Shown in pieces: positions 17,750 to 25,059 of a DNA stretch of 32,000 bases (position 1 is its first letter; the number at the start of each line of letters is the position of its first letter). The position numbers were made by a program, and so were the translations under genes. Source of the DNA: Parasynechococcus marenigrum WH 8102 (lineage in GTDB: Bacteria > Cyanobacteriota > Cyanobacteriia > PCC-6307 > Cyanobiaceae); NCBI RefSeq assembly GCF_000195975.1, contig NC_005070.1:330001-362000 (forward strand). The letters are read 5' to 3'. Below the pieces are notes generated by a model. The model was not told where the DNA came from. It did not search any database and saw only the letters and a list, made by a program, of their open reading frames with translations.

Positions 17750-17897
17750 CCTTGTTATGGCCCTGGTCTTACCTGGGTGGGCGTAGCTGACAATATTGAT
17801 CTGGAAATCAGCACGCTCCCATACCCCCTTCAGGAGCTTCCGGCGCTGGCAGTCGTAACTAGCCTTACGGAGCCAAACTGGTTCCAGGCAAAAAAGC

Positions 17898-18713
17898 TTG
17901 ATGTCTGGTCAGTACCCACCAGGAAGCGAAGGATGGCGTGACGCTCTGGACTACCCGCCAGAAACCAGGGCAGATGTATCGGAAAATCGCCGCCGGTATC
18001 TCAAGGAGGCAAAAAAATTTCGAAAGGAAAGCGATGCTTGGGAGGAAGGAAGGATCGTTGGAGTTTTCGAAAGTCAGCTCTCTGATGGTGGTTCAACCTC
18101 TAAACAGTCCAAGGAGCCGACTCCTGAAGATGTTCGCTTGGCAAAAGAGCGAGCTGAGTTCAAGGAAATGATGCAGGCCAAGCGTGAGGCCAAGCAGGTA
18201 GCTCGCGCGGCGGATGAAAAAGCGGAGTTTCGCGAGTTCATGCGCGAATGGATAGCGACCAAGTGGGATGGTGAAACTCCTGATCACCTCAAAAAAGCAC
18301 TGCCCACAGGGGATCCAAAGGATCTCGGGATGCTCATCAGCGAATGGCACTCTTACGGCGGCAGGAAGAACAACCACGCCAGTGATGCCACTTTGACTCG
18401 GTATCTTTACTTCCCTCCCGCTGACCAGAGCCCAGTAGTAGACACGCCTCCAGCGGGGTTCGTTTACTTCGTCAGGAACGAGGATCTCTTCAAAATCGGG
18501 ATTACAGAAAACATGCTGCGGAGGCTGAAGCAACTTGCGCCGGATGAGCTTCTAAATGTCGTTCGCTGCTCCAACTTCCAGGAGGTCGAACGGGAGCTGC
18601 ATCGACGTTTCAAGGATGTTCGCTTGCCTCAAACGGAGTACTTCCGGCTGAGTGATCAGCAGGTGCAGGAGGTCCACCAACTCATGGTGAAGTTGGCGGA
18701 GTTCCAGTCGTAA
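17898..18713 (+). CDS. T5orf172/MUG113 (GIY-YIG-superfamily) domain protein
   Basis: The C-terminal GFVYFVRNEDLFKIGITENMLRRLKQL...ELHRRF...EYFRL matches the T5orf172 pattern (GxVYhh....hKIGxT....RhxxL...E..hH..F....EWF). The N-terminal half is charged and coiled. Confidence 0.7.
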   Translation: MMSGQYPPGSEGWRDALDYPPETRADVSENRRRYLKEAKKFRKESDAWEEGRIVGVFESQLSDGGSTSKQSKEPTPEDVRLAKERAEFKEMMQAKREAKQVARAADEKAEFREFMREWIATKWDGETPDHLKKALPTGDPKDLGMLISEWHSYGGRKNNHASDATLTRYLYFPPADQSPVVDTPPAGFVYFVRNEDLFKIGITENMLRRLKQLAPDELLNVVRCSNFQEVERELHRRFKDVRLPQTEYFRLSDQQVQEVHQLMVKLAEFQS

Positions 18714-18747
18714 CGGGAATTGCGTAATGAAAAAGCCCCAATATTTA

Positions 18748-18771
18748 CCGTGTTCCGGAACACGGTTTTTT
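18748..18771 (+). terminator. Rho-independent terminator
   Basis: The perfect palindrome ccgtgttcc/ggaacacgg is followed by tttttt, 35 nt after the stop of 17898..18713. Confidence 0.8.
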
Positions 18772-18886
18772 GATCCCTTTGGTCTTCCGACTTCATTTCT
18801 AGGGGCCTTTGACGTTCTTCTGAAGTGATGGTCTGGTTGATTTCAGTCACACCAGGATTTTTGGAAAACGATCTCTAGGGACTGTT

Positions 18887-20005
18887 TTAATTTGCCGCCG
18901 GTGGAAGTGAGTTCAGCCCGCTATTAACTGCCTGCTCCAATCGTCTGGGGTTGTAAAGCGCCCCAACCGAATCGAACATCGCCAGCATCCTGGTGATCGC
19001 ATCAACATGGCCGGTGGCTTCTGAGCTGGCAGCTCTGTTTTCTGATTCCCACTGCTTGTGGCCGGAGTGGCTTAACCACTGCCACAGCTCATCACGTATC
19101 AATGAACGGGCAGCAGTTGGATTGGCGATCAGCGCATTGGCTTCTACCTTTCGCGGCCCGTACGTCTCCAGGTAGTCCTGCACATACGGGAACTTGCGGT
19201 GCTTGTGATTTGGGTTGGCCAAGTCACCACCACTGCTGGTTTCAAGACCGTCGATCCACACCAGACCGGCATTGTCCACAAACTCGGCGTTTAGCCCAAA
19301 GCGCACGATTCGACCGTCGTCAGCCATGTCTTCCAGGGAATCGTCCCAGTTCAGAACCTTGGCCAATGGCCTCAGGTTTTCAGCGATTGCGTCGGACATC
19401 TTGACCCCCATCGGATCAAGGTCGCCGCAATAAAGAACCACCGGTTCCAGTCCCTGCAACTCGGCCCAATCACATTCCTGAATCAGCGCCACCCTGCTGT
19501 TCACGTCAGCCTGGCCTTTGCTGGCAAAACGGCGGATTGCGTTGGGCAATTCCGGCTCGAACAGCTTGATCAGGTCACGTTTTTCAGTCCAGATGATCGG
19601 GAAGTACTCCTGATGCTTCCAGTAGCTGGCAGGCCAGTAATGCTTGGCTTGATCCAGCGATTCCCGCAGCTGACGGTTGATGTATTCCCGCGGGGTTTCT
19701 TCTTTGTCGTAGACGTCAGAACCAGACAGAGCACGGGTTGAATCCGCACCGACAAGTTCAAACGGAATCAGCCCTTCTTTGCGGCGATCAGCAAGCCACT
19801 TACCAGACCAAGTGAAATCGCCTTTAGTGATGATGCCTTCTGATTCCAGGGCATACAGCCAGGAGCGAGCAACAGGAGCAAAACCGAGACGCGCAACGTA
19901 TTGGCGCATCCAAGCCACTACTTCATGCATATCTGCATGAAATTGCAGTCTTTTGGCTTCACTAATCCTGCCGCTGCCCATTCGGGGTAGTGCGGTGATG
20001 ATCAC
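18887..20005 (-). CDS. Topo-VI-A/Spo11-like Toprim protein (stand-alone, mini-A or JetD-like)
   Basis: The 372-aa ORF has IIWTEKRDLIKLF (Toprim Glu, cf. vVEKdavF), VLYCGDLDPMGVKM (DxDPxG metal site) and KVEANAL (cf. ElEAL). The N-terminal ARSWLYALESEG offers a candidate RxxxY catalytic Tyr in a winged-helix-like segment. Confidence 0.55.
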   Translation of the reverse strand: MIITALPRMGSGRISEAKRLQFHADMHEVVAWMRQYVARLGFAPVARSWLYALESEGIITKGDFTWSGKWLADRRKEGLIPFELVGADSTRALSGSDVYDKEETPREYINRQLRESLDQAKHYWPASYWKHQEYFPIIWTEKRDLIKLFEPELPNAIRRFASKGQADVNSRVALIQECDWAELQGLEPVVLYCGDLDPMGVKMSDAIAENLRPLAKVLNWDDSLEDMADDGRIVRFGLNAEFVDNAGLVWIDGLETSSGGDLANPNHKHRKFPYVQDYLETYGPRKVEANALIANPTAARSLIRDELWQWLSHSGHKQWESENRAASSEATGHVDAITRMLAMFDSVGALYNPRRLEQAVNSGLNSLPPAAN

Positions 20006-20101
20006 GGGTGAAGTTGCAAAAAATGGATTACGTAGTCACCCCCAACACCCAAGAATCCAGAACTGGATAAATGGGTGAGAGGGGAATAAGGGGAGGGGTT
20101 A

Positions 20102-22072
20102 TTAGTCCGGGCGACTCGGGTTCCAGAAGGCCCTAACCCACTTGCCGGTGCCGATGCGGCGTTGGTCATAGAGCCACCCGTGATGGGTCATCAACTCCCG
20201 GATGCGTTGGGCGTTGAAGTTGTTCTGGCGTTCCGGACCGATCTCCAGGAAGTCGTAGATCTGCTGGCGCTGGACGTAAGCCGCAGTGCCCTGGCGTTTA
20301 AGCCAGTCGCCGATCAGATCCGACCACGGGTCCACGAGGTCGTAGTCGCTGTTCCTGGTGAGGATGCGATCCATCTCCTCATCGGTGCTCCACGTCTGGA
20401 GACCGTTCTGGAACTCCCGCAGTGCCTTGGTCCAGATGGCGTCTCTGGCTTCGGCGATCCGCTGAACGGGCAGCTTTTCGTCACCGACGGGGATCATCAC
20501 GAACCTGGTGGAGCCGGTGTTGTCCGTCAGCGGCGACTTGTTCGTCGTCGCGAAGAACACGGACCGCCGGTGGATCGGTTCAGTGCCTGGGGCGTACTTA
20601 CGGCGCACTAAGTCCACCCGCCTACTCAGGAAGGCTTTGAGCTTTTCCTGTTGAGTCCGGCGGGTGATGCCGTTCAGCTCGCCCAGCTCCATGCCCCACA
20701 CGAACTGGAGTCGGGTCACGTCGTCGATGTCCAGCGCGGAGGAAAGTCCGTCGCCGTAGAACTCGTGGCCGAACAGGCTCCTGCCTGCCTCCGTCTTCCC
20801 GATCCCCTGGCCGCCAAGAATGCACGGGGTCTGACGTTGCTGGCAGCCGGGGACTTTGACCCTGGCCACGGCGCTGGTCAGATACCGAGGCATGAATGCG
20901 TCGGCGATGGGGTCGTCGACGTTGAACAGGAAGCGACCCAGATGATTCCAGTCCTCATCAGGCAGGGGGTCCGCCGAGAGGTTGGACAGGTAGACATCCA
21001 CGGGATCGAACTGATGCTCGTGAGCCAGCTCAATAAACGCATCGCGAGCGATCTTCTGGCTCCACCGGTTGGGGCTCGGTGGCATCGACAGGCGGAGGTA
21101 GAGGTTCTCCGTCTGGGTCGCCGTGGCCTCTGCACCGTTGATGTGGATGCCGCGGCTTCGCAGGTTCAGTCGGGGTACATCGCCCAGCTGCTCAGCCATC
21201 AATTTGAGGGCGTCGCCTGCCTGGACTTTCTTTTGACGTAAATCCTGTTGCTCCACATGGATCCGGAACACCGCGGCGTTGCCAACGGCTGTCTCGCGAT
21301 CACCGCAGTAGGCCCAGGTGACCCCTCCCTTAACGACCGTCTCGCCCTTGGCCATCACCGGTGGCGACCAACGCTTGCCGTAGTGGCAGAGGATCACCTT
21401 CCCGTCGGCGGATTGGCGGCAATCAGGTTCTGTGCGCCCACAGATCGGGCAAGGGATGGCGTCATGCCAATCCCCGACCTGTTTATGGGATCGCCTGTTT
21501 TCCGTCTTGGCCATGGCCTTTTGCCATAACGCCCACCAGTCATCGGGGATGGGGGCGATCCGCTCCGGATTGCGCTGGGTCCAGACGTATTCGCCGCCAG
21601 ATTGGCGGTGCTCGCCGGCAACGATGCACTGGCCTGTGGACCAGAAGATCTCGACCTTCTCGTTCCCGTCGGCCTTCACCTCGCATTTGCCTGGAAGGTG
21701 TTCCCACCGTTCCTTTGGCACTCTGAAGAAGAGCTTGTAGCGGTTGGAATCGGTATTCCGACCAACCATCCAGGTGACCGGCTGGTGCTCGATCCCCATC
21801 CTGATCAGCTCGCTGATGGCACTGAGCCCATCGATGTCGAAGCAGACGATGCCGCCTGCGTCAGGGCCTAGGCGTGTGCCGACACACAGGACCTTTGGTC
21901 CCATTGCCGCGATCTCATCGGGAGTGAACGACATGTGTTGCCAGCCCTTCGCACCGAAGCCAGTGGAGGGATCAATGGGCGCCTTGAACTTTTCCCCTGC
22001 ACCACAGGGGATGAGAGGGAGGCCAGTGAGCTGCGGGAGCAGCTTCTGCCTCCAGTTGCTGACTGGTTTCAT
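20102..22072 (-). CDS. Bifunctional primase-polymerase (prim-pol) / zinc ribbon / VirE-D5-type P-loop helicase
   Basis: The 656-aa ORF has the N-terminal prim-pol pattern LPLIPCGAGEKFKAP...GWQ...VGTRLG...IVCFDIDG. Its central part is CPICGRTEPDCRQSADGKVILCHYG. Its C-terminal part has Walker A GGQGIGKTE and WGMELGEL, typical of VirE-family ATPases. Confidence 0.85.
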   Translation of the reverse strand: MKPVSNWRQKLLPQLTGLPLIPCGAGEKFKAPIDPSTGFGAKGWQHMSFTPDEIAAMGPKVLCVGTRLGPDAGGIVCFDIDGLSAISELIRMGIEHQPVTWMVGRNTDSNRYKLFFRVPKERWEHLPGKCEVKADGNEKVEIFWSTGQCIVAGEHRQSGGEYVWTQRNPERIAPIPDDWWALWQKAMAKTENRRSHKQVGDWHDAIPCPICGRTEPDCRQSADGKVILCHYGKRWSPPVMAKGETVVKGGVTWAYCGDRETAVGNAAVFRIHVEQQDLRQKKVQAGDALKLMAEQLGDVPRLNLRSRGIHINGAEATATQTENLYLRLSMPPSPNRWSQKIARDAFIELAHEHQFDPVDVYLSNLSADPLPDEDWNHLGRFLFNVDDPIADAFMPRYLTSAVARVKVPGCQQRQTPCILGGQGIGKTEAGRSLFGHEFYGDGLSSALDIDDVTRLQFVWGMELGELNGITRRTQQEKLKAFLSRRVDLVRRKYAPGTEPIHRRSVFFATTNKSPLTDNTGSTRFVMIPVGDEKLPVQRIAEARDAIWTKALREFQNGLQTWSTDEEMDRILTRNSDYDLVDPWSDLIGDWLKRQGTAAYVQRQQIYDFLEIGPERQNNFNAQRIRELMTHHGWLYDQRRIGTGKWVRAFWNPSRPD

Positions 22073-22088
22073 GCGAGGGGGGTGCTCC

Positions 22089-22352
22089 TCAAACCGTCAG
22101 CGGCGCGGTGTCTCTGCCGAAGGTTTCAACCTCCGCCGAAGACTCCCGCTTGTGGTTCCACAGGCTTTGGATTGCCTGCTCCTTGTTCCATCTGACCTTG
22201 CGAGTGCCGAGGCCGATGAACTGCCAATCCCGGTGCTGTTGGAAAGGACCGTTGGGGTCCCGCCGCATCCGAAGAATTGTCTCTGGACTGAGCTGAGCCG
22301 CCTGGGCGACTTCAGCGGTTGTGGACGCAATTTCCATTTCGAGGGCACGCAC
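22089..22352 (-). CDS. Small HTH protein, excisionase/AlpA-like regulator
   Basis: It has the HTH TTAEVAQAAQLSPETILRM and the start may be ATG at 22337. It is clearly homologous to 31316..31528 in element 2 (shared ..DW......R..L.WN.E.A......W.........VETF). It sits immediately upstream of the primase gene. Confidence 0.55.
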   Translation of the reverse strand: MRALEMEIASTTAEVAQAAQLSPETILRMRRDPNGPFQQHRDWQFIGLGTRKVRWNKEQAIQSLWNHKRESSAEVETFGRDTAPLTV

Positions 22353-22354
22353 CC

Positions 22355-22615
22355 TCAGGTGCGCGGGGTGCCATCCCAGTTCTCATGGTGCAGAAGTTCC
22401 GCCTGGAGCTTGGCCATGAAGTTGGCCTTTTTGTCCCGGCGTCCCTGATCAGGATTGCCTTTGTCAAGCGTTCCAATAGAGAAGCCCTCGTCTAGTCGCA
22501 CCCGCGCGCGGGTGAAATAGCGAACAAGACGTTCCAGGTGCTGACGTTCATGACCCTCAGGCCAATGAGTCAAGCGACCAGGACGAATCGGAATTGGGCG
22601 ATCAGGACCTTGCAT
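22355..22615 (-). CDS. Hypothetical protein
   Basis: Met-36 version of tracked ORF 22355..22720. Its stop lies 2 nt from the start of the next gene, consistent with an operon. Confidence 0.35.
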   Translation of the reverse strand: MQGPDRPIPIRPGRLTHWPEGHERQHLERLVRYFTRARVRLDEGFSIGTLDKGNPDQGRRDKKANFMAKLQAELLHHENWDGTPRT

Positions 22616-22812
22616 CCAGCAGGGATGACGTGTTCGGTTTGATCCCCCGGAGGCAGACGCGCTGCTGCTGTTCCGACATCTCGAAGGCAACGTAACACCA
22701 CTGATCGGGATCGTCAGCAAATTTCCCCACCGATGCCACTACGGATGGTGTCAGCAGCTGGAAGTGTCTAGAGCAGTTGGGAGAGGTTGCAAGGATTGAA
22801 TAAATCTATGCC

Positions 22813-22862
22813 GATAATGATTATCATTCTTTTGTGCCAATAATGAGAATTATTCTTATACT
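22813..22862 (+). promoter_or_regulatory. Two Fur/Zur-type boxes overlapping a candidate promoter of the metallothionein gene
   Basis: Box 1 is GATAATGATTATCATT (22813-22828), with the perfect core AATGA-TTA-TCATT. Box 2 is AATAATGAGAATTATTC (22839-22855). A candidate -35 ttgtgc lies at 22832-22837 and a -10 tatact at 22857-22862. Confidence 0.55.
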
Positions 22863-22915
22863 TTAGGCCGCTTATTGGTCTAGTGTTGTGGCTGAAAATT
22901 GCCTGGCCACATCAA

Positions 22916-23086
22916 ATGTCTACAGCAATCAAATGTGCATGCCCTAAGTGCACCTGTATGGTCGCAGAAGAGAGCGCAATTGTTCTTCAAGGTAAGTTCT
23001 TTTGCTCGACGTCCTGTTCAACAGGGCATGCCAATAATGAGCCCTGTCATGGCGAAGGCTCTTGTGGATGTAAGTGCGGAGAGTAA
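22916..23086 (+). CDS. bmtA: Bacterial metallothionein (SmtA/BmtA family)
   Basis: The 56-aa protein is MSTAIKCACPKCTCMVAEESAIVLQGKFFCSTSCSTGHANNEPCHGEGSCGCKCGE. Its Cys/His spacing follows SmtA (KCACxxCxCxV....AI...G..yCS..C..GH......C......C.C). Confidence 0.85.
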   Translation: MSTAIKCACPKCTCMVAEESAIVLQGKFFCSTSCSTGHANNEPCHGEGSCGCKCGE

Positions 23087-23144
23087 TCGGGGCGGTGGCC
23101 AGGCATGGCGGTGCTTTAAGCCCGCCTTCAACGTTGGGGTGGTG

Positions 23145-24425
23145 TCAGGGCAGCGGGATCGTGCCGGTCTTGGCGGCGAAGTCGCGGGTCCTCATCCCCA
23201 GGGTCATGGTCCGATAGCTGTGCGAGTGCACCGCTTCGCTGTGGCCCATCGCGTCGCAGATCGACGCCACCGGCACTCCCTCTCGGTGGCAGCGGATCGA
23301 GTAGGTGTCCCGAAAGCTGTAGGGCCGCAACCACTCGCTCGGATCCTGTTTGTCGTAGTGCTCCACCAGCTCTGCCCAATAGATCTGAACCGCACCGCTG
23401 GGCTTGCCTGTCGATCGTGACTTCCGGTGGATGTAGCAGTTCACCGCGCTCCCAGAGAGCTTGCGGACATCACCATCCCTGCCGGTGGGCAGCTGCAAGG
23501 TTCCGTCGGCCATCGCCTGCTCCAGGGGCCACACCACCGGCTGATCGTTGCCGTCGCGGATGTACATCGCTTCCAGGAAGCGGGGATCGGTTTCCTCTTC
23601 ACCGCCGGTCTTCCTGTAATTGCACCAGATGGCTGGCTTGCCGGTCACCGGGTTGACTCGGCTGCTCAGATGCTGAAGCTCGATGGGTCTTAAACCAAAT
23701 TGCGTCAATAGTCGGAACACGTTGCCCCACCTGACGTTTACCGAGTCGGCCAGCTCAATCAGGCGCAGCATCTCTAGGTCGTCCAGCACCGCTTTAAGCC
23801 TCGGCTTCGGTGCCTTGGGGATCAGCTCGTCCTTGTCGAACTCGGTGATCAGCCAGCTCGCTGGGGCCTTGTGCCGGGACACCGCGAACTGCATAAACAG
23901 GCCGAGGTAGCGGCCGCACTCCACCTTCATCGTGGGAGCCCCTTCCCAGTTCTTCAGAGCCTCCTTCAACAGGCCATAGCCGTCGTGGGCCTTGCCGGTG
24001 TTGATGAGCCTCACGGCGTAGTCGATGAATGGCCGCCAGTTCTTCCGGAAGGTGTGGGCGCTGCACTTCTGCGACTGCTGCACCCGGGACGCCTCCATTG
24101 CGTCTGCGATTTGTGCCCATGTTTTGGCCTTCTCCTCTCCTTGGAGATCGCTTGTGTCGTGAGCGTCGGCGACTGCTGCCTTCAGCGTTTTCTCGCCGTT
24201 GTCCCACGCCTTGTAGACCGCCTCAATCCACCGGATGGCGTTGCGGTGGTGCACCTCATCCCAGGTGTTGGGCCGCGGCAAGTAGGCGGTCTCTGCGGGG
24301 CGGCCACGCTTCCTGACGCGCAGCACGATCCGGTCGCGGACGCGGGAGATGCTCCAGCCGTTCCAAGGCTCAGTTGTCTCGACCAGGCGCTGTTCCCACC
24401 GGGGGCGCGAGTCATCCGGAGCCAA
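23145..24425 (-). CDS. int: Tyrosine site-specific recombinase (integrase)
   Basis: The 426-aa ORF has the C-terminal catalytic region LRPIELQHL...(R), YSFRDTYSIRC (HxxR-type box), and DAMGHSEAVHSHSYR (H...Y). The annotated start is TTG and is not certain. Confidence 0.9.
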   Translation of the reverse strand: MAPDDSRPRWEQRLVETTEPWNGWSISRVRDRIVLRVRKRGRPAETAYLPRPNTWDEVHHRNAIRWIEAVYKAWDNGEKTLKAAVADAHDTSDLQGEEKAKTWAQIADAMEASRVQQSQKCSAHTFRKNWRPFIDYAVRLINTGKAHDGYGLLKEALKNWEGAPTMKVECGRYLGLFMQFAVSRHKAPASWLITEFDKDELIPKAPKPRLKAVLDDLEMLRLIELADSVNVRWGNVFRLLTQFGLRPIELQHLSSRVNPVTGKPAIWCNYRKTGGEEETDPRFLEAMYIRDGNDQPVVWPLEQAMADGTLQLPTGRDGDVRKLSGSAVNCYIHRKSRSTGKPSGAVQIYWAELVEHYDKQDPSEWLRPYSFRDTYSIRCHREGVPVASICDAMGHSEAVHSHSYRTMTLGMRTRDFAAKTGTIPLP

Positions 24426-24429
24426 TGGA

Positions 24430-24453
24430 GTGATGCCAAAAGTGATGCCAAAA
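24430..24453. repeat. Perfect tandem 12-mer x2 (gtgatgccaaaa) abutting the integrase start
   Basis: Read directly at 24430-24441 and 24442-24453. It lies 5 nt upstream of the int start on the minus strand. Confidence 0.85.
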
Positions 24454-24549
24454 AGATCCTATTCAGTCGTTCTCTGTCGTCAAGGGTTGCCAACAGACCA
24501 GGGCTCTGACTATGTTCTGCCCGTGATCGTTGTTTCCGTAAGGAAAGCA

Positions 24550-24603
24550 GTCAGTTGTATTACCCAAATGACTCATGGGGCCTGGAAGGGCCCTTCAACC
24601 ATT
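24550..24603 (+). repeat. Distal att-like direct repeat (copy 2): an orphan copy of the tmRNA 3' end
   Basis: gtcagttgtattacccaaatgactcatggggcctggaagggcccttcaaccatt is the partner of 12271-12324. No tmRNA body lies upstream of it. Confidence 0.85.
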
Positions 24604-24891
24604 GCCAATACTTGAGTCACGGATGCGACTAGGCCGAGATTTTGGAGCTGCGACCCAGGGTGTGACCCGAAGGTCGTCGTTTTAGGGCTAAGTGACCCAT
24701 GCGGGGTCACAGAGGACTGCTGCGGAAACCTGCTGAATCTTGGAGAAGTTGGTAGAAGTCAAGTGAGCACAAGGGTAGAAGCCTTTCTTTTGTTATTGCA
24801 AGACAATAAAATAAGGGCGGTGCATCACTCCGCCCCTAGGAATCACCAACATCTATAGATGAGAGATCTGCTCCTTTAGTTTAGTTCAACG

Positions 24892-25059
24892 ATGCCTAAA
24901 CGTACACTTCCTGTCTATGTGGAAATGGTGCTTTCTCAAATACTGCAAGAGTCAGCATTAGAGAAGCAATCAATTGATGATGATTGTCCCTCAGTCCCGC
25001 AGGGCTGCCCTCTTTCCACCCCCCAAAGCCGTCTTACTGCAGTTGAGGTTAACCAATGA
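24892..25059 (+). CDS. Hypothetical small protein (55 aa, not in ORF track)
   Basis: The ATG at 24892 opens MPKRTLPVYVEMVLSQILQES.... Its TGA overlaps the ATG of the next ORF (ATGA at 25056-25059), suggesting translational coupling. Confidence 0.35.
   Translation: MPKRTLPVYVEMVLSQILQESALEKQSIDDDCPSVPQGCPLSTPQSRLTAVEVNQ

Larger units (their letters stand above)
12325..24603. mobile_element. Integrative, self-replicating genomic island (element 1) inserted at the tmRNA 3' end
   Basis: It is bounded by the 54-nt imperfect direct repeat. It contains a tyrosine integrase next to the distal repeat, an Xis-like HTH protein, a primase-helicase and a Toprim protein. Composition is mosaic, with AT-rich cargo blocks beside GC-rich modules. 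No virion structural genes were seen. Confidence 0.8.

Noticed and set aside
17600-17941. ORF 17600..17941 (+, 113 aa), antisense to 17528..17749 and overlapping the T5orf172 start.
   Set aside because: It cannot be distinguished from the minus-strand ORF by eye. Neither has a recognisable family, so only the minus ORF is listed, at low confidence.
20162-22448. Plus-strand and off-frame ORFs across the primase-helicase gene (for example 20651..21241 and 21744..22448).
   Set aside because: They are antisense shadows of a 656-aa frame with prim-pol, zinc-ribbon and Walker motifs in order.
22899-23420. ORF 22899..23420 (+, 173 aa) and the 22883 GTG extension of the metallothionein.
   Set aside because: The 173-aa ORF is off-frame to the perfect SmtA-like Cys pattern and antisense to the integrase 3' end. 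The GTG extension adds a hydrophobic leader absent from the family, so the ATG at 22916 is preferred.
23417-24615. Plus-strand ORFs antisense to the integrase (23427..23693, 23683..23910, 23871..24509, 24029..24316, 24349..24615) and minus off-frame ORFs 23794..24207 and 24182..24493.
   Set aside because: They are shadow ORFs of the integrase frame, which carries the R-H-R-Y catalytic signature.
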